From positions 29,026 through 93,025 of the forward strand of contig CAZXKC010000004.1 of assembly GCA_964641225.1 (NCBI GenBank): a DNA stretch of 64,000 nt, written 5' to 3'. The notes under the pieces were generated by a model. It did not search any database. It was not told where the DNA came from and saw only the letters and a list, made by a program, of their open reading frames with translations. How positions within the stretch are numbered: position 1 is the first letter of the stretch; each line of letters begins with the position of its first letter. The DNA comes from an uncultured Candidatus Saccharibacteria bacterium (GTDB taxonomy: Bacteria > Patescibacteriota > Minisyncoccia > UBA6257 > 1-14-0-10-44-23). Positions 27,658-37,521 of this stretch are shown piece by piece. Both the position numbers and the translations under genes were made by a program.

Positions 27658-30333
27658 ATGCCAGACCCGGTCATAAACTTATCCAATAAGATTCGGGAAA
27701 GCGGGAAATTCAATGAACGTTTTCTTGCGCTGCAAAAATATGCCGCTAAAAAGCGACTCACCTTTAGCGCTGAGGATGCAACCCCTGAACAACTGCAAAA
27801 ATTGATACTCCAAGCTTCGGTGCTTGCATTGAGCGATGACATTGAGCACAAACGTACAGCTCAAAAAATCATGGCCTTGTTCCACGAGATAAAGCCGGAC
27901 AATCATTTACTAAGCTACGCGATACAAATTTTAGCATCACGACTTGGAAATTTTCCTGTCGTAAGTAATGCATCCACAGTCTTTGGTGAATCCAAAATAT
28001 TTAAAGATGCTTCTGATGAGGCTTCGTTGGATACAGAGTATCTTTTTGACCCTGAAATAATCGCCAACTTATACTCTGAAGAGGCTCAGTCACGATTACA
28101 GATACAAGATAAGGTTTACCATTTTAATATTTTCCAGAAAGAAATACTTGATGCCCTGTCAGAGAAGGCGTTGGTGAGCTTTTCTGCTCCCACATCATTT
28201 GGAAAATCATTCATCGTTCGGCAGCACATAGCGCATCTATATGCTGGTCAGAAAGTTAAACGGGTCCTAGTACTTGTTCCTACCAAGTCCCTGATCGATG
28301 ATTTCTTTGCGGATTTTGTAAAAATAAAACGAGAGCTGAATCTTGATTTTGGCATTTTTACTCACGCCCGTTCCGTAGATGCGGTTCCGGAGAAGGCGGT
28401 ATTTATTCTGACGCAAGAACGGATATCATTCCTCATCACCAAGAATCCTGAATTTGTTAAGTCTTTTGACTTGATTTACTGCGACGAAGCCCACTACATC
28501 TCCAGAGGATATCGCGGATTTGTTTTGCGAAGTGCTCTGAAAAAACTTATCGAGCTGTGCGGAGTGGGCATCGAGGAGGGCAAGGCTCGATATATTTTCA
28601 GCTCCCCATTGATTAAAAATCCTGAGTACTACAAGGGGAAGCTATTTCCCTTACTTTCCTCAGAGCAATCGTTTCATAAAGAAATTCTCTATTCACCGGT
28701 CGAAAAGAATATCCATTTTATTGCCAAAGAAGAGCGGCAATTTAAGTATTATCTTTTGAAGGATTCTTTTGGTGAAGATTCATTCGATGATCGGCTGGAA
28801 GAGCTCGGTTCCAGAAATTTTCCCCAAGGATTAATGACCGAGGATACGAGAGCACAAAAAATCGACCGAGAGATTCGAATGGTTCTGGACTGCAGTGGGA
28901 CAAGCCCTTCAATCTTGTATACCACCAGCCCAATTTTCGCCCACAGATACGCCTTAGCATTGGCCGAGGCTCGACCGGAACGCAACCGAATATCTAGTCA
29001 AGAAATCGAGGATTTGAGCAGATACATTAAAGACCATTACGATGACAACTTTGGCCTAGTGAATATCTTAAAGAAGGGCATCGGCTTGCACTATGGGCCG
29101 ATGCCGACTGGGCTTCGGAGAGCAATGGTTGACCTCTTCGAGCGAGGCCTGATTGATTACATGGTTTGCACCCCAACTCTTCTTGAGGGGGTCAATCTCC
29201 CAGCAAAAAATATCTTTTTATTCTCTGATAGGTATGGAGGGCACGGTGGCAAAGAAAAACACTCGGCGCTATCTTTCTGGAACTTAGTTGGTCGAGCCGG
29301 CAGAATCACTTATGGTCTTTCTGGAAATGTATTCTGCATTGAAGATGAGCCTCAAAAATACGAAGACCTCTTCGAAAATACTGAAACCGAGATAACTGAC
29401 CCGGAGGCGAACGTCATGGAGAATGACACTCGGAGGAGTTACATTGTAAAAACTTTTCTTTCTGAAACTGATAGGTTTGACTATTTTCGGTCACATAGTC
29501 GAGGTGATATAGAATACCTAATATTTGAACTTTTGACCCGTGAAAATCCCGAACGAATCTTGGACAATTTCAATCTTAACCCCGAAGAAAAAGCTAGGAT
29601 GCTTGCTGCTATTCAGCAGCAGAGAGCGGAACTGAGCATATCGTTAGAGCTGGTCAACAAGAACCCTGGCATCGACCCGCGCTTGCAGGATAGATTGTTA
29701 GCCAATCTGCGATCGCTCCCAGAAGAAGAGCTTCGTGGTTACTTGGAAATTCCAGGTAATACTTTGGCAGTTACCGGTTCGCAGCTAGCAGATATCCTTG
29801 GGTACGTAAAACGGGATTTGGCCTGGCCAAAAAGGGATGAAAGCAGAACTGCGAACCGAATTATCCAGTGGCTACACGAACATCCTATTTCTTTTTTTAT
29901 TAACCAAGTTTTGCAATATATCGAACCGGGCAGCGAATTCGACACCCACTTGGGGAAGATTGAAAAAGCTATCGAAATTCTTCGGGAGGTTGACCGAGAG
30001 TTATCCTACAACGCTCCCAAATATCTTAAATGCTTCTACGATTTACTCATTCAAATCGCCGCTGAACAAGGGATTGCCGATATAAATATCTATGAGGAAA
30101 AAATTGAATCATTCCTATTTTCGCTCGAGTCAGGCGTCTCTTCTGTAATAGCAAAATTTCTCCTCGAGAAGGGTGTTTCAAGGCCAGTTGCCATACGAGT
30201 AAGCAGTTTAGTTGATGATATAGCTTCAATCCCAATCTCAAATGATTTTTTCGAGAAACCCGAAGTCCTCGAGAGATTGAGTCGCCTCTCAAAACTCGCC
30301 CTAGATGAGCTTAAGGAGCGACTCGGTGTTTAG
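27658..30333 (+). CDS. hamB: Hachiman HamB-like DEAH helicase
   Basis: SAPTSFGKS, DEAH, CTPTLLEGVNLP and NLVGRAGR motifs. Confidence 0.82.
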   Translation: MPDPVINLSNKIRESGKFNERFLALQKYAAKKRLTFSAEDATPEQLQKLILQASVLALSDDIEHKRTAQKIMALFHEIKPDNHLLSYAIQILASRLGNFPVVSNASTVFGESKIFKDASDEASLDTEYLFDPEIIANLYSEEAQSRLQIQDKVYHFNIFQKEILDALSEKALVSFSAPTSFGKSFIVRQHIAHLYAGQKVKRVLVLVPTKSLIDDFFADFVKIKRELNLDFGIFTHARSVDAVPEKAVFILTQERISFLITKNPEFVKSFDLIYCDEAHYISRGYRGFVLRSALKKLIELCGVGIEEGKARYIFSSPLIKNPEYYKGKLFPLLSSEQSFHKEILYSPVEKNIHFIAKEERQFKYYLLKDSFGEDSFDDRLEELGSRNFPQGLMTEDTRAQKIDREIRMVLDCSGTSPSILYTTSPIFAHRYALALAEARPERNRISSQEIEDLSRYIKDHYDDNFGLVNILKKGIGLHYGPMPTGLRRAMVDLFERGLIDYMVCTPTLLEGVNLPAKNIFLFSDRYGGHGGKEKHSALSFWNLVGRAGRITYGLSGNVFCIEDEPQKYEDLFENTETEITDPEANVMENDTRRSYIVKTFLSETDRFDYFRSHSRGDIEYLIFELLTRENPERILDNFNLNPEEKARMLAAIQQQRAELSISLELVNKNPGIDPRLQDRLLANLRSLPEEELRGYLEIPGNTLAVTGSQLADILGYVKRDLAWPKRDESRTANRIIQWLHEHPISFFINQVLQYIEPGSEFDTHLGKIEKAIEILREVDRELSYNAPKYLKCFYDLLIQIAAEQGIADINIYEEKIESFLFSLESGVSSVIAKFLLEKGVSRPVAIRVSSLVDDIASIPISNDFFEKPEVLERLSRLSKLALDELKERLGV

Positions 30334-30808
30334 AATTACCTTCCTCGTCGTTACGATGAACATTAAATTGCATGAGGATTGGGCGAGGTTCAACTTGCCC
30401 GTCACCGCTCAAAGCCTCTTTGGTACTGAAATGTTTTCGGTCTAGTCGCTCAAGTACGAACTTAGAAAGATCGGCCTTGATTGCCATAATCTTGGTGTTC
30501 CGGCGCATGATGGGCTGGCCGGTGGCCTTATTCTTCATCGGTCCGAAGGCTGTCATTACCGGCTCGCTTTCATCGAGGGTAAGCATATCTTCTAGATTAC
30601 GCTCGGCTTTTTCAATCATCGCCTGATGCATGGTGACGGCTTCCGAAAGTACTTTTGGCGATTGATGAGTTATCTGCTTAGCGTAGGCGACGCTGTACCC
30701 GGCCTTCACAGCCGACTGATAGGCGTTTGCAAAGGTGGAGCTTTTTGGATCCACGTAGTAGGCCTGAAAAGCCAACTGTCTCATATCTCTTTGTTTGATG
30801 CCCGGCAT
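30311..30808 (-). CDS. Terminase small subunit-like protein
   Basis: YYVDP..STFANAYQSAVKAGYS..YA N-terminal HTH pattern typical of TerS. Confidence 0.6.
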   Translation of the reverse strand: MPGIKQRDMRQLAFQAYYVDPKSSTFANAYQSAVKAGYSVAYAKQITHQSPKVLSEAVTMHQAMIEKAERNLEDMLTLDESEPVMTAFGPMKNKATGQPIMRRNTKIMAIKADLSKFVLERLDRKHFSTKEALSGDGQVEPRPILMQFNVHRNDEEGNSKHRVAP

Positions 30809-30858
30809 GAAAAAATTTTATCATCCGCTATTCCAGGGGGACAAGTGTATCGATGTGG

Positions 30859-31018
30859 TTGACAAGATAGAGGGGCTATGTTATCTTGTTTTTGATATGA
30901 AATCCGTGACCGCACAATTTAGTTACTATTACGCCGCATATATAACCACCCGGGTGCGGTAACTTTGTCTTAAATAATATTGTCTCTACCAACCGCCCCC
31001 GAGCGGTTTTTTTGTTTT
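30859..31018 (+). promoter_or_regulatory. Promoter, Tyr-rich leader peptide (30897-30962) and terminator: attenuator-like leader
   Basis: TTGACA-N17-TATCTT; MKSVTAQFSYYYAAYITTRVR*; ACCGC...GCGGT hairpin followed by a T run. Confidence 0.65.
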
Positions 31019-31121
31019 CGCGATCTCGGGGGTATAGAGCAGCGTGTTTCTGAACGATCGTTCGTTCAGGCGCTGTAGAGGCCCCGGAGCCTCAAGAGTT
31101 CTTTGAAAGGAGAATAGCGTC

Positions 31122-31391
31122 ATGGCCACGATTCGCATTACTCAGGTTCTGGCTGGCGGGAAGATACTCGACCACGACTTCGCTGTGCCGGAGTCAGATC
31201 CGGTCGGTTTCGGCTGCTCCTGCGGGTTCATGCATCCCACATGCTGCGCCCGCGGCTGTGGGTGCATGCCGCAGATCCACCGCTACGTCAAGAAACTGCC
31301 TCACTCGTTGGAGTGGGGCGACCTGGTGGAGCGTCGTGGGAAGGTCGTGGCTGTGCCCGACAAGAAATCTGACGGTGGAGAGACGTACTAG
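31122..31391 (+). CDS. Cys-rich hypothetical protein
   Basis: AAGGAG SD; CSCG...CC..GCGC; GC-rich. Confidence 0.6.
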   Translation: MATIRITQVLAGGKILDHDFAVPESDPVGFGCSCGFMHPTCCARGCGCMPQIHRYVKKLPHSLEWGDLVERRGKVVAVPDKKSDGGETY

Positions 31392-31393
31392 CT

Positions 31394-31969
31394 GTGCGCG
31401 ACATCCTCGGCATCATCGCCGCAATCCTGACGCTCGCTGGGTTCATCCCGGCGGGCGTCGGAGCAGTACGCGGACCAGTTCGCCCAAGCAGGGCGACATG
31501 GCTCATCTGGGCGGCGGAGGCGGTACTCATCTACCAGACCTTCGCCGCCGCAACTCCGGACTCAAGCGCACTCTGGATTCCGCTGGGATTCACCGTAGGA
31601 GCGGCAGGGATGTTTCTCCTTTCGGTTTCATTCGGGGAGGCCGGGTGGAGTGCCCTCGACAAGTGGTGCCTGGCAGGAGCGGGTGGCACGATCATCGTCT
31701 GGCAACTCGTTGGACCTATCGCGGGGCTACTAGCTGGTATCGCTACCGACATGATCGGAGCGGTGCCGACGGTGGTCAAGACATGGAGAGATCCAAGTAG
31801 CGAAAGTCGTGCACAGTGGTTGCTTTGGTGGCTCGGTGCCATCTTCAACCTCTGCGCGATCAAAGACTGGCAATCCGTGGAGGCGGCGTACCCGCTCTAT
31901 GGAATTGTTCTGACAACTACAGTAGCCGGCATTATGGCCGGTAGAAAGAGGAAGTATGCCCAAGGCTAA
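31394..31969 (+). CDS. Multi-pass membrane protein (PQ-loop/SWEET-like)
   Basis: TWLIW and PTVVKTWRDP..ES motifs; resembles 61801-62355. Confidence 0.65.
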   Translation: MRDILGIIAAILTLAGFIPAGVGAVRGPVRPSRATWLIWAAEAVLIYQTFAAATPDSSALWIPLGFTVGAAGMFLLSVSFGEAGWSALDKWCLAGAGGTIIVWQLVGPIAGLLAGIATDMIGAVPTVVKTWRDPSSESRAQWLLWWLGAIFNLCAIKDWQSVEAAYPLYGIVLTTTVAGIMAGRKRKYAQG

Positions 31970-32519
31970 GGAAAAGGGATGGGTTCGTGCCCGCGACGAG
32001 AAGTACTACGTTGGCCAAGAGATCGACTTCACGGCCAACTACGACGACCACGCTCCCGAGGCGGTATTGAAGGCCATGTTCCACAACTACATGCCCGACA
32101 GGGCAGACGCCAAGTACGTGGACCTCAACCAGAAGGGCAAAAAGCCTCTCAGGGGCTACTGGTACTTCAAGGTCAAACTGCTCAACCCGTCTCGCGGTTT
32201 CTCGTACGAGGAGTCCGTAGAGTGGGCTCAGAGCTCGTACGTCGGGGGCAAGGGCGTAGTTCCCGGACATCTGGCGGTCGCCTTCGCCGAACAGTTCCCG
32301 CTCCTCGTCATGCTCGGCGACGTGAAGCTCACGGGAGGAATCTGGCGGCACGAGAACAGACTCACCTGCATCGAGCTCACCCAAGGCATCAACGGCAGCC
32401 AAGACATCCTCGCGTTCCGCTATCAGGACGGAGGAATGGTCTCGGATCACGACATCTGTCCGGTGATCATCGAGCAGGAGCAGATCGTGGTCCCGACTCG
32501 GAGAGGCCACGGCTACTAG
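31956..32519 (+). CDS. Hypothetical protein
   Basis: GAGG SD, GC3-biased frame. Confidence 0.6.
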   Translation: MPKAKEKGWVRARDEKYYVGQEIDFTANYDDHAPEAVLKAMFHNYMPDRADAKYVDLNQKGKKPLRGYWYFKVKLLNPSRGFSYEESVEWAQSSYVGGKGVVPGHLAVAFAEQFPLLVMLGDVKLTGGIWRHENRLTCIELTQGINGSQDILAFRYQDGGMVSDHDICPVIIEQEQIVVPTRRGHGY

Positions 32520-32575
32520 CCCACAGCACGCGCGGCGGCATCGACCCACAAGGTTGATGACCGCCGCGCTTCATT

Positions 32576-32940
32576 TTATACTTTGACGGTCTCGCGGTTC
32601 TGGAGTAAGGTTCGAACATCGTCTAACAGCTGCCGCACAGTAAGACTATCGGTATGTGTCAGCAGTAGATTGAAGGGAGAACGTAGCGTAAAATCTAGCT
32701 TCTTGCCATTCAGGACGCAGTTCTGAAGTAAGAAGCCCAAAAACTGGCGCTTTTCTTCAACTTCGGCACTATCAAATATCTCTTTTGCCCTCTTAGCGAT
32801 GTTAAGGGTCATATTTGCTGTGAGATAGAACTGCTCGTCGGCTTCCGAATGATCTTTCATTTGATCCAACACTTCGGCTTGCTTCTCTTTGTACTCTCTC
32901 AAGAAAGTGTCATACATTTCATCCGTAATCCGCCTTGATC
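32576..32940 (-). pseudogene. C-terminal remnant of a second large serine recombinase, fused at the CCGC core to the tail of element A
   Basis: ITDEMY...AKEIFDSAEVEEKRQFLGFLLQNCVLNGKKLDFTLRSPF...VR|QLLDDVRT; catalytic domain absent. Confidence 0.75.
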
Positions 32941-33030
32941 TGCGGTAAATCCTAGCGTTTTTTATTTTGACCGACTCCAATAAAAGCTATACTATAAGCA
33001 TATCGTTTTTATAACAATTTAATGCAGTGA

Positions 33031-33179
33031 AGCCTAACCCGCGCGGGCAACCACGTGGTATGGCATCAAATCCGGTAAAGGTCATTAAGCTCCTAGTCAG
33101 AGCTACCTTTACCGGTCATATCTGGAAACGGATATGGGTGGGCGCAAGCCCATCGCTGGCTAGGAGCTTTGTGATTTCT
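33031..33179 (+). ncRNA. Unidentified structured RNA motif, copy 2
   Basis: Shares the 21-mer CATTAAGCTCCTAGTCAGAGC and the stem architecture of 25551-25694 with compensatory changes. Confidence 0.7.
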
Positions 33180-33200
33180 AGCCTGTCTGAAATTAAAATT

Positions 33201-33878
33201 ATGGACAAGCAAAAAGAGAATGCCGCAATTAAGTTCTTTCGTAAGCATCCGATCCTTTCCTCAAATATAATCGGCATCATCCTCGGCATAGCGATAGCGT
33301 GGTGGCTCTGGCTTATTGCCTGCGTTCTCGGCTTTGTATTTTATTTCCACTACCAGAAAACACTGAAGCATGAAGTTGCCACAAATAAAGCGGCTAGCAA
33401 TGATGCCGTGAAAACCAAAAAGTGCCGTGCCTGCAAAATGGATATCGCGGCAGGGGCAACAAAATGTCCGCATTGCAGAACCGCTCAACCAAATAGCGTG
33501 GCGGCTGTATTTGGGCTATTTGGAATAATAGTTGCCGTTGTTGCCATCGTCGTTATTAGTAGTAATTCCGATACTTCCACGCCAACAAAGCAGAGCAAAT
33601 TAAATGATCCCACTATTGATTGGCAAAGTATCTGTTCAGCTTTTGACAATTTGAAAACGGCAAATATCGTCAAAAAAGTTGAGGGACGAAGTGTTTACGT
33701 TGCTCCTTTTTGGTGGAATGTGGCAAACATTGAAGATAAAAAAAATATTGGCTTTGGCTCTGCCTATTGCATCGCCCGCGACTTAAACTCAACGACTGTC
33801 TGGTCAGATATTTATGACTGGCAATCTGGCAAGAAATTAGCCCATTACAGTGAAGCGTGGGGCTTTTCAGTTGAGTAG
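33201..33878 (+). CDS. Membrane protein with zinc ribbon
   Basis: TM helices and CRAC...CPHC; likely start ATG at 33201 because the upstream extension overlaps the RNA motif. Confidence 0.7.
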   Translation: MDKQKENAAIKFFRKHPILSSNIIGIILGIAIAWWLWLIACVLGFVFYFHYQKTLKHEVATNKAASNDAVKTKKCRACKMDIAAGATKCPHCRTAQPNSVAAVFGLFGIIVAVVAIVVISSNSDTSTPTKQSKLNDPTIDWQSICSAFDNLKTANIVKKVEGRSVYVAPFWWNVANIEDKKNIGFGSAYCIARDLNSTTVWSDIYDWQSGKKLAHYSEAWGFSVE

Positions 33879-33952
33879 TTTTCGCCGGCGAACACAATCG
33901 CTAAAATGGCGATTTCTTGATATGCTCAAAGGAAGACTTTGATAGAAAAGTT

Positions 33953-36900
33953 ATGGATGGATTAGACCTCAATAAGTTTATTAAGTATTGTCTCGGCTAT
34001 ATTCAACTTACACGGCAGAGGGCTTTTGCGGTACAGCAAAAATCAGCAGTTGAGTTCCCAAAAAAGTACTTTGAACTTTCCGGCTTACTAAACGGCGAGG
34101 AGGACGATGCGCTAGGCGAGACAATTGCATTGCCGCTTTTTTATGATCTTGATCCTAAAGAAGTGAAGAAGGAGCAGAGGGATGAGTATGAAAAGCAAAA
34201 AATGTTTGCCGCAAAGATTGAAGATATCTATAACAAATATCGCAACGATCCTTTCACAAAACAAATAGCATTCAGTTTCGGTTATTTTGAAATTGAAATC
34301 CCAATTGAGCTTGAAGGCGAAGAGCTTGAATCAATTGAGAATGGAGAATCAGAGCCGCCGCCAAAGCAGGTAAAAATTGATCGCTACCCGCTCTTTAGTC
34401 TGATCGTGAAGATTGAAAAAGAAGAGAAGGGCAAGTATGTAGTCTACGCCGTGGATCAAGACATTCAGGTTAATCTTGGCGTACTTGAGCCAGTACTAGG
34501 CGAGAATCTTTATTACCAGTTATTAGATGACGTCGGCAAGAAAGAAATGGATGGGCTTTTTTCTTTGCCGCTCAAAAACATAGAAATCTTTACAGAGGTT
34601 TGGCACAAAATAAAGACAGTATTAAAACACACAAAGGCAAACTTTGATGAGGATTCTTTTAAGTTAGAAGAGATGCGCATTGCTATCGCACCTCGCGCTA
34701 ATTATTTTTTGGCAGAAGATTTACAGAAGCTCGCTAAGGTAGATCAGGATGCAATGAAGGATACATCGCTTTGCAGTTGGACGAGCAATGAAGGCATTAG
34801 CGGTACAAGTGAGATTCCTGAAGAGAAGGACCTATATTTTCCCTTCCTTTACGATAAATATAAGTTAAAAGTTCTATCGGTAATAAACAATAAAGGTGCG
34901 ATTGTTCAAGGACCGCCGGGCACTGGAAAATCGGAAACAATTGCTAACCTACTCTGTCATTTAGCCGCTCACGGCAAGCGCGTTTTATTTGTTAGCCAAA
35001 AAGCTCAAGCACTCAAAGTTGTAAAAGATAAGTTACGCAAACTAGATGTTAAATACCTCTTTGGTTATATCCCAAATCCAAGCTCGGCACAGCTTGGCGA
35101 AGATGACGAGGCTGATAGTATATCGCCGCAACTCGCCGGCCTTGGAGCGCATATTGATTCAATGGGTTATAAGTTTTATCCCCGAAAAGCAGGGATTGCC
35201 CAGCACGGCGACGGTGTCAGCGGGAACGTATCGCTAGCGCATCCTACGGCTTTAAAAGCAAAGCTAAAAAATGACTTCAACCAAACTATTGAGGTGCAAC
35301 GCAAGGCGTGGAAATTGGATCAAGAGTTTAAGGCTCTAGCCCTTTTTGATTTGCCGGTCGGAAATCCTAGCGCATTCACTAGTAATTTTAGCGAAAGTAA
35401 CCGCAAAGAAGTTAATCATCTGAAAGACGTAATCTCAAGCGCAATCAAGACGACGCAGAAATATGACGAAAGCGAATCTAAAAATGGTTTTGATGGTCTG
35501 TTCGGAAAAATAAATCTTCGGGAAAAGAGTTTCGCTACTGCTACTTATAAAATCAAAGAAGACATCGCCCGTTCGGGATTTGACGGACACGCACAGATGC
35601 TACGAGGCATAAATAATTTTATGCGTAATATGCGGCTGGGAGGCGTTCGTTCGGAATTGCCCCGCGAGGTTAGAGATTACATTGACCAAGAGTTAAAAAA
35701 GGACATCTCGCGCAATGATGCTTGTAAGCTCTTTGAAGACCTACACGTTTATTTTTGCCACCACGAAAATCTTATCAATCTTGAACAGGCAAAAAAGAAG
35801 CTATCGGCTACTTTAGAAGCTATAGGTTTGTCCGATAAAGAGTTTGGAGCAATAGAAGAGGTCATTGGAAAAACTGGTGAAAATGTTACGGACGTTAAGG
35901 AAAAAGTTTTGAGAACGAGGGTACTTCGGAAAGAACTACACGAGCTTGGCAAGCTGGGCGTTAATCCAAACGACGTAACTGAAAACATCAAAGATGCCGA
36001 AACGGAACGCAGGGATCGCGTGGCTTTATATCTCCAGAACATCGTCAATAGAAACATCCTAGAAAAGCTCGCGCAAGGACCAACGATTCGGCAGATTGTA
36101 GCTCGCTTGGCAAAAGCATTCGGCAAATCAAAGCGTGCGTTTAGGACATTTGATAAACTTCGCAAAGATCCTGATAACTTCAATGCCATTATGGACTTGA
36201 TTCCAGTCTGGATTATGGAGCTAGATGATGCCAGCCGCATCATTCCGCTTGAAGCCGGCGTGTTTGATTACGTCATTCTGGACGAGGCTTCACAGTGCAA
36301 TGTAGCATATACCCTCCCTGTTATGTTCCGTGCCAAGCAAGCCCTATTCGTGGGCGATAGCGAGCAGATGCGCGACAGTACGGTAATGTTTAAGTCCAAC
36401 CGATCCTTTGACGAATTGGCGCGTCGTTATGGTGTTCCCGAAGAAATGCAGATCAAGGCTAGCCAAGCAACTGTTCAGTCGGTTCTAGACATAGCTACTC
36501 TCCGAGGATTCCTGCCAGTACCGCTACGTTACCATTACCGCTCGCCGAACGAGCTAATTGGCTTCAGTAACCAGTATTTCTATAAACCCAAGTCAAAGGA
36601 CCTTATAGCCCTCAATAACACTTATTTGACCTACAAGGACACTAATCGTGTGATGCTTGTCCACGAAGTGAAGTCAGATTGGTCAGATGAGATTTCTGAC
36701 AACGCTAACGTTGCTGAAGCAAGTGAGATTCTAAAGCTTTTTAAGGAGCTACGTGATGATGCCAAATATGCTAGAAAATCAGTGGGCATTTTAACATTCT
36801 TCAACGCGCAAGCCGCTTTATTGCGTAAAACTTTTGAAGATGCCGGTTTTAAAGAAGATGAAGATAATTTCAAAATCAGCATCATTGAGGGCATTCAAGG

Positions 36901-37516
36901 CGACGAAAAGGATATCGTTATTTACTCCTTTGTTATCCGTAGTCCAGAACAAAAGAAACGCTACTTGCCGCTGACCGGTGAAGGAGGCGATATACGCGGC
37001 GATATCAATCGCGGCAGAGTAAACGTTACCTTCTCGCGCGCCAAATTGCAGGTCCATTGTTTTATCAGTATGCCAATAACGGCATTACCCGAAGGCATTT
37101 GGATCAAAAAATATCTTGAGTACGTGCAAAAGCACGGCGAGGTAGATTTCTACGCAACAGAGCTTCGCCCCTTTGATTCATATTTTGAAGAAGAGTTTTA
37201 CGCACTTTTGAAAGCAGGTTTGAAGAAAGATTATCAAATCCGGAATCAAGTTGAGAGCTGTGGTTTTAAGCTGGATTTTGCCGTCACCAACACACGGACG
37301 GGCAAACAGATCGCTATTGAGTGTGATGGTCCAACTCATTTTGAAGACGAACTTGATGAAGAGTACGGTATTTATGTTGAGGATGACGAAGAGCGTCAGC
37401 GCGTTTTAGAGTCAGCCGGCTGGACCTTCTATCGCGTCAAATACCTTGACTGGCTCAATGAATCGTTTGATCGTAAAGCGGTAATAAAAAACCTTATTAA
37501 GTTAATGGATGATTAA
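33953..37516 (+). CDS. SF1 (Upf1/DNA2-like) helicase fused to a C-terminal Vsr/DUF559-like endonuclease
   Basis: QGPPGTGKS, DEASQ, VGDSEQ, HYRS, IQGDEKD, RVNVTFSRAK, then SYFEEE...DFAV...AIECDG..H...RQRVLE..GW. Confidence 0.85.
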   Translation: MDGLDLNKFIKYCLGYIQLTRQRAFAVQQKSAVEFPKKYFELSGLLNGEEDDALGETIALPLFYDLDPKEVKKEQRDEYEKQKMFAAKIEDIYNKYRNDPFTKQIAFSFGYFEIEIPIELEGEELESIENGESEPPPKQVKIDRYPLFSLIVKIEKEEKGKYVVYAVDQDIQVNLGVLEPVLGENLYYQLLDDVGKKEMDGLFSLPLKNIEIFTEVWHKIKTVLKHTKANFDEDSFKLEEMRIAIAPRANYFLAEDLQKLAKVDQDAMKDTSLCSWTSNEGISGTSEIPEEKDLYFPFLYDKYKLKVLSVINNKGAIVQGPPGTGKSETIANLLCHLAAHGKRVLFVSQKAQALKVVKDKLRKLDVKYLFGYIPNPSSAQLGEDDEADSISPQLAGLGAHIDSMGYKFYPRKAGIAQHGDGVSGNVSLAHPTALKAKLKNDFNQTIEVQRKAWKLDQEFKALALFDLPVGNPSAFTSNFSESNRKEVNHLKDVISSAIKTTQKYDESESKNGFDGLFGKINLREKSFATATYKIKEDIARSGFDGHAQMLRGINNFMRNMRLGGVRSELPREVRDYIDQELKKDISRNDACKLFEDLHVYFCHHENLINLEQAKKKLSATLEAIGLSDKEFGAIEEVIGKTGENVTDVKEKVLRTRVLRKELHELGKLGVNPNDVTENIKDAETERRDRVALYLQNIVNRNILEKLAQGPTIRQIVARLAKAFGKSKRAFRTFDKLRKDPDNFNAIMDLIPVWIMELDDASRIIPLEAGVFDYVILDEASQCNVAYTLPVMFRAKQALFVGDSEQMRDSTVMFKSNRSFDELARRYGVPEEMQIKASQATVQSVLDIATLRGFLPVPLRYHYRSPNELIGFSNQYFYKPKSKDLIALNNTYLTYKDTNRVMLVHEVKSDWSDEISDNANVAEASEILKLFKELRDDAKYARKSVGILTFFNAQAALLRKTFEDAGFKEDEDNFKISIIEGIQGDEKDIVIYSFVIRSPEQKKRYLPLTGEGGDIRGDINRGRVNVTFSRAKLQVHCFISMPITALPEGIWIKKYLEYVQKHGEVDFYATELRPFDSYFEEEFYALLKAGLKKDYQIRNQVESCGFKLDFAVTNTRTGKQIAIECDGPTHFEDELDEEYGIYVEDDEERQRVLESAGWTFYRVKYLDWLNESFDRKAVIKNLIKLMDD

Positions 37517-37521
37517 ACTTC

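Larger units (their letters stand above)
21199..32636. mobile_element. Integrative element A (phage-satellite-like) at tRNA-Ser
   Basis: Bounded by CCGC cores at 21195-21198 and 32633-32636; carries integrase, primase/helicase-like, TerS-like and Hachiman-like genes. Confidence 0.75.

Noticed and set aside
33027-33200. N-terminal extension of the 283-aa ORF, and ORFs 25570-25782 and 25554-25808
   Set aside because: They overlap the covarying RNA motif; their shared peptide (IKLLVRA) just reflects the conserved 21-mer.
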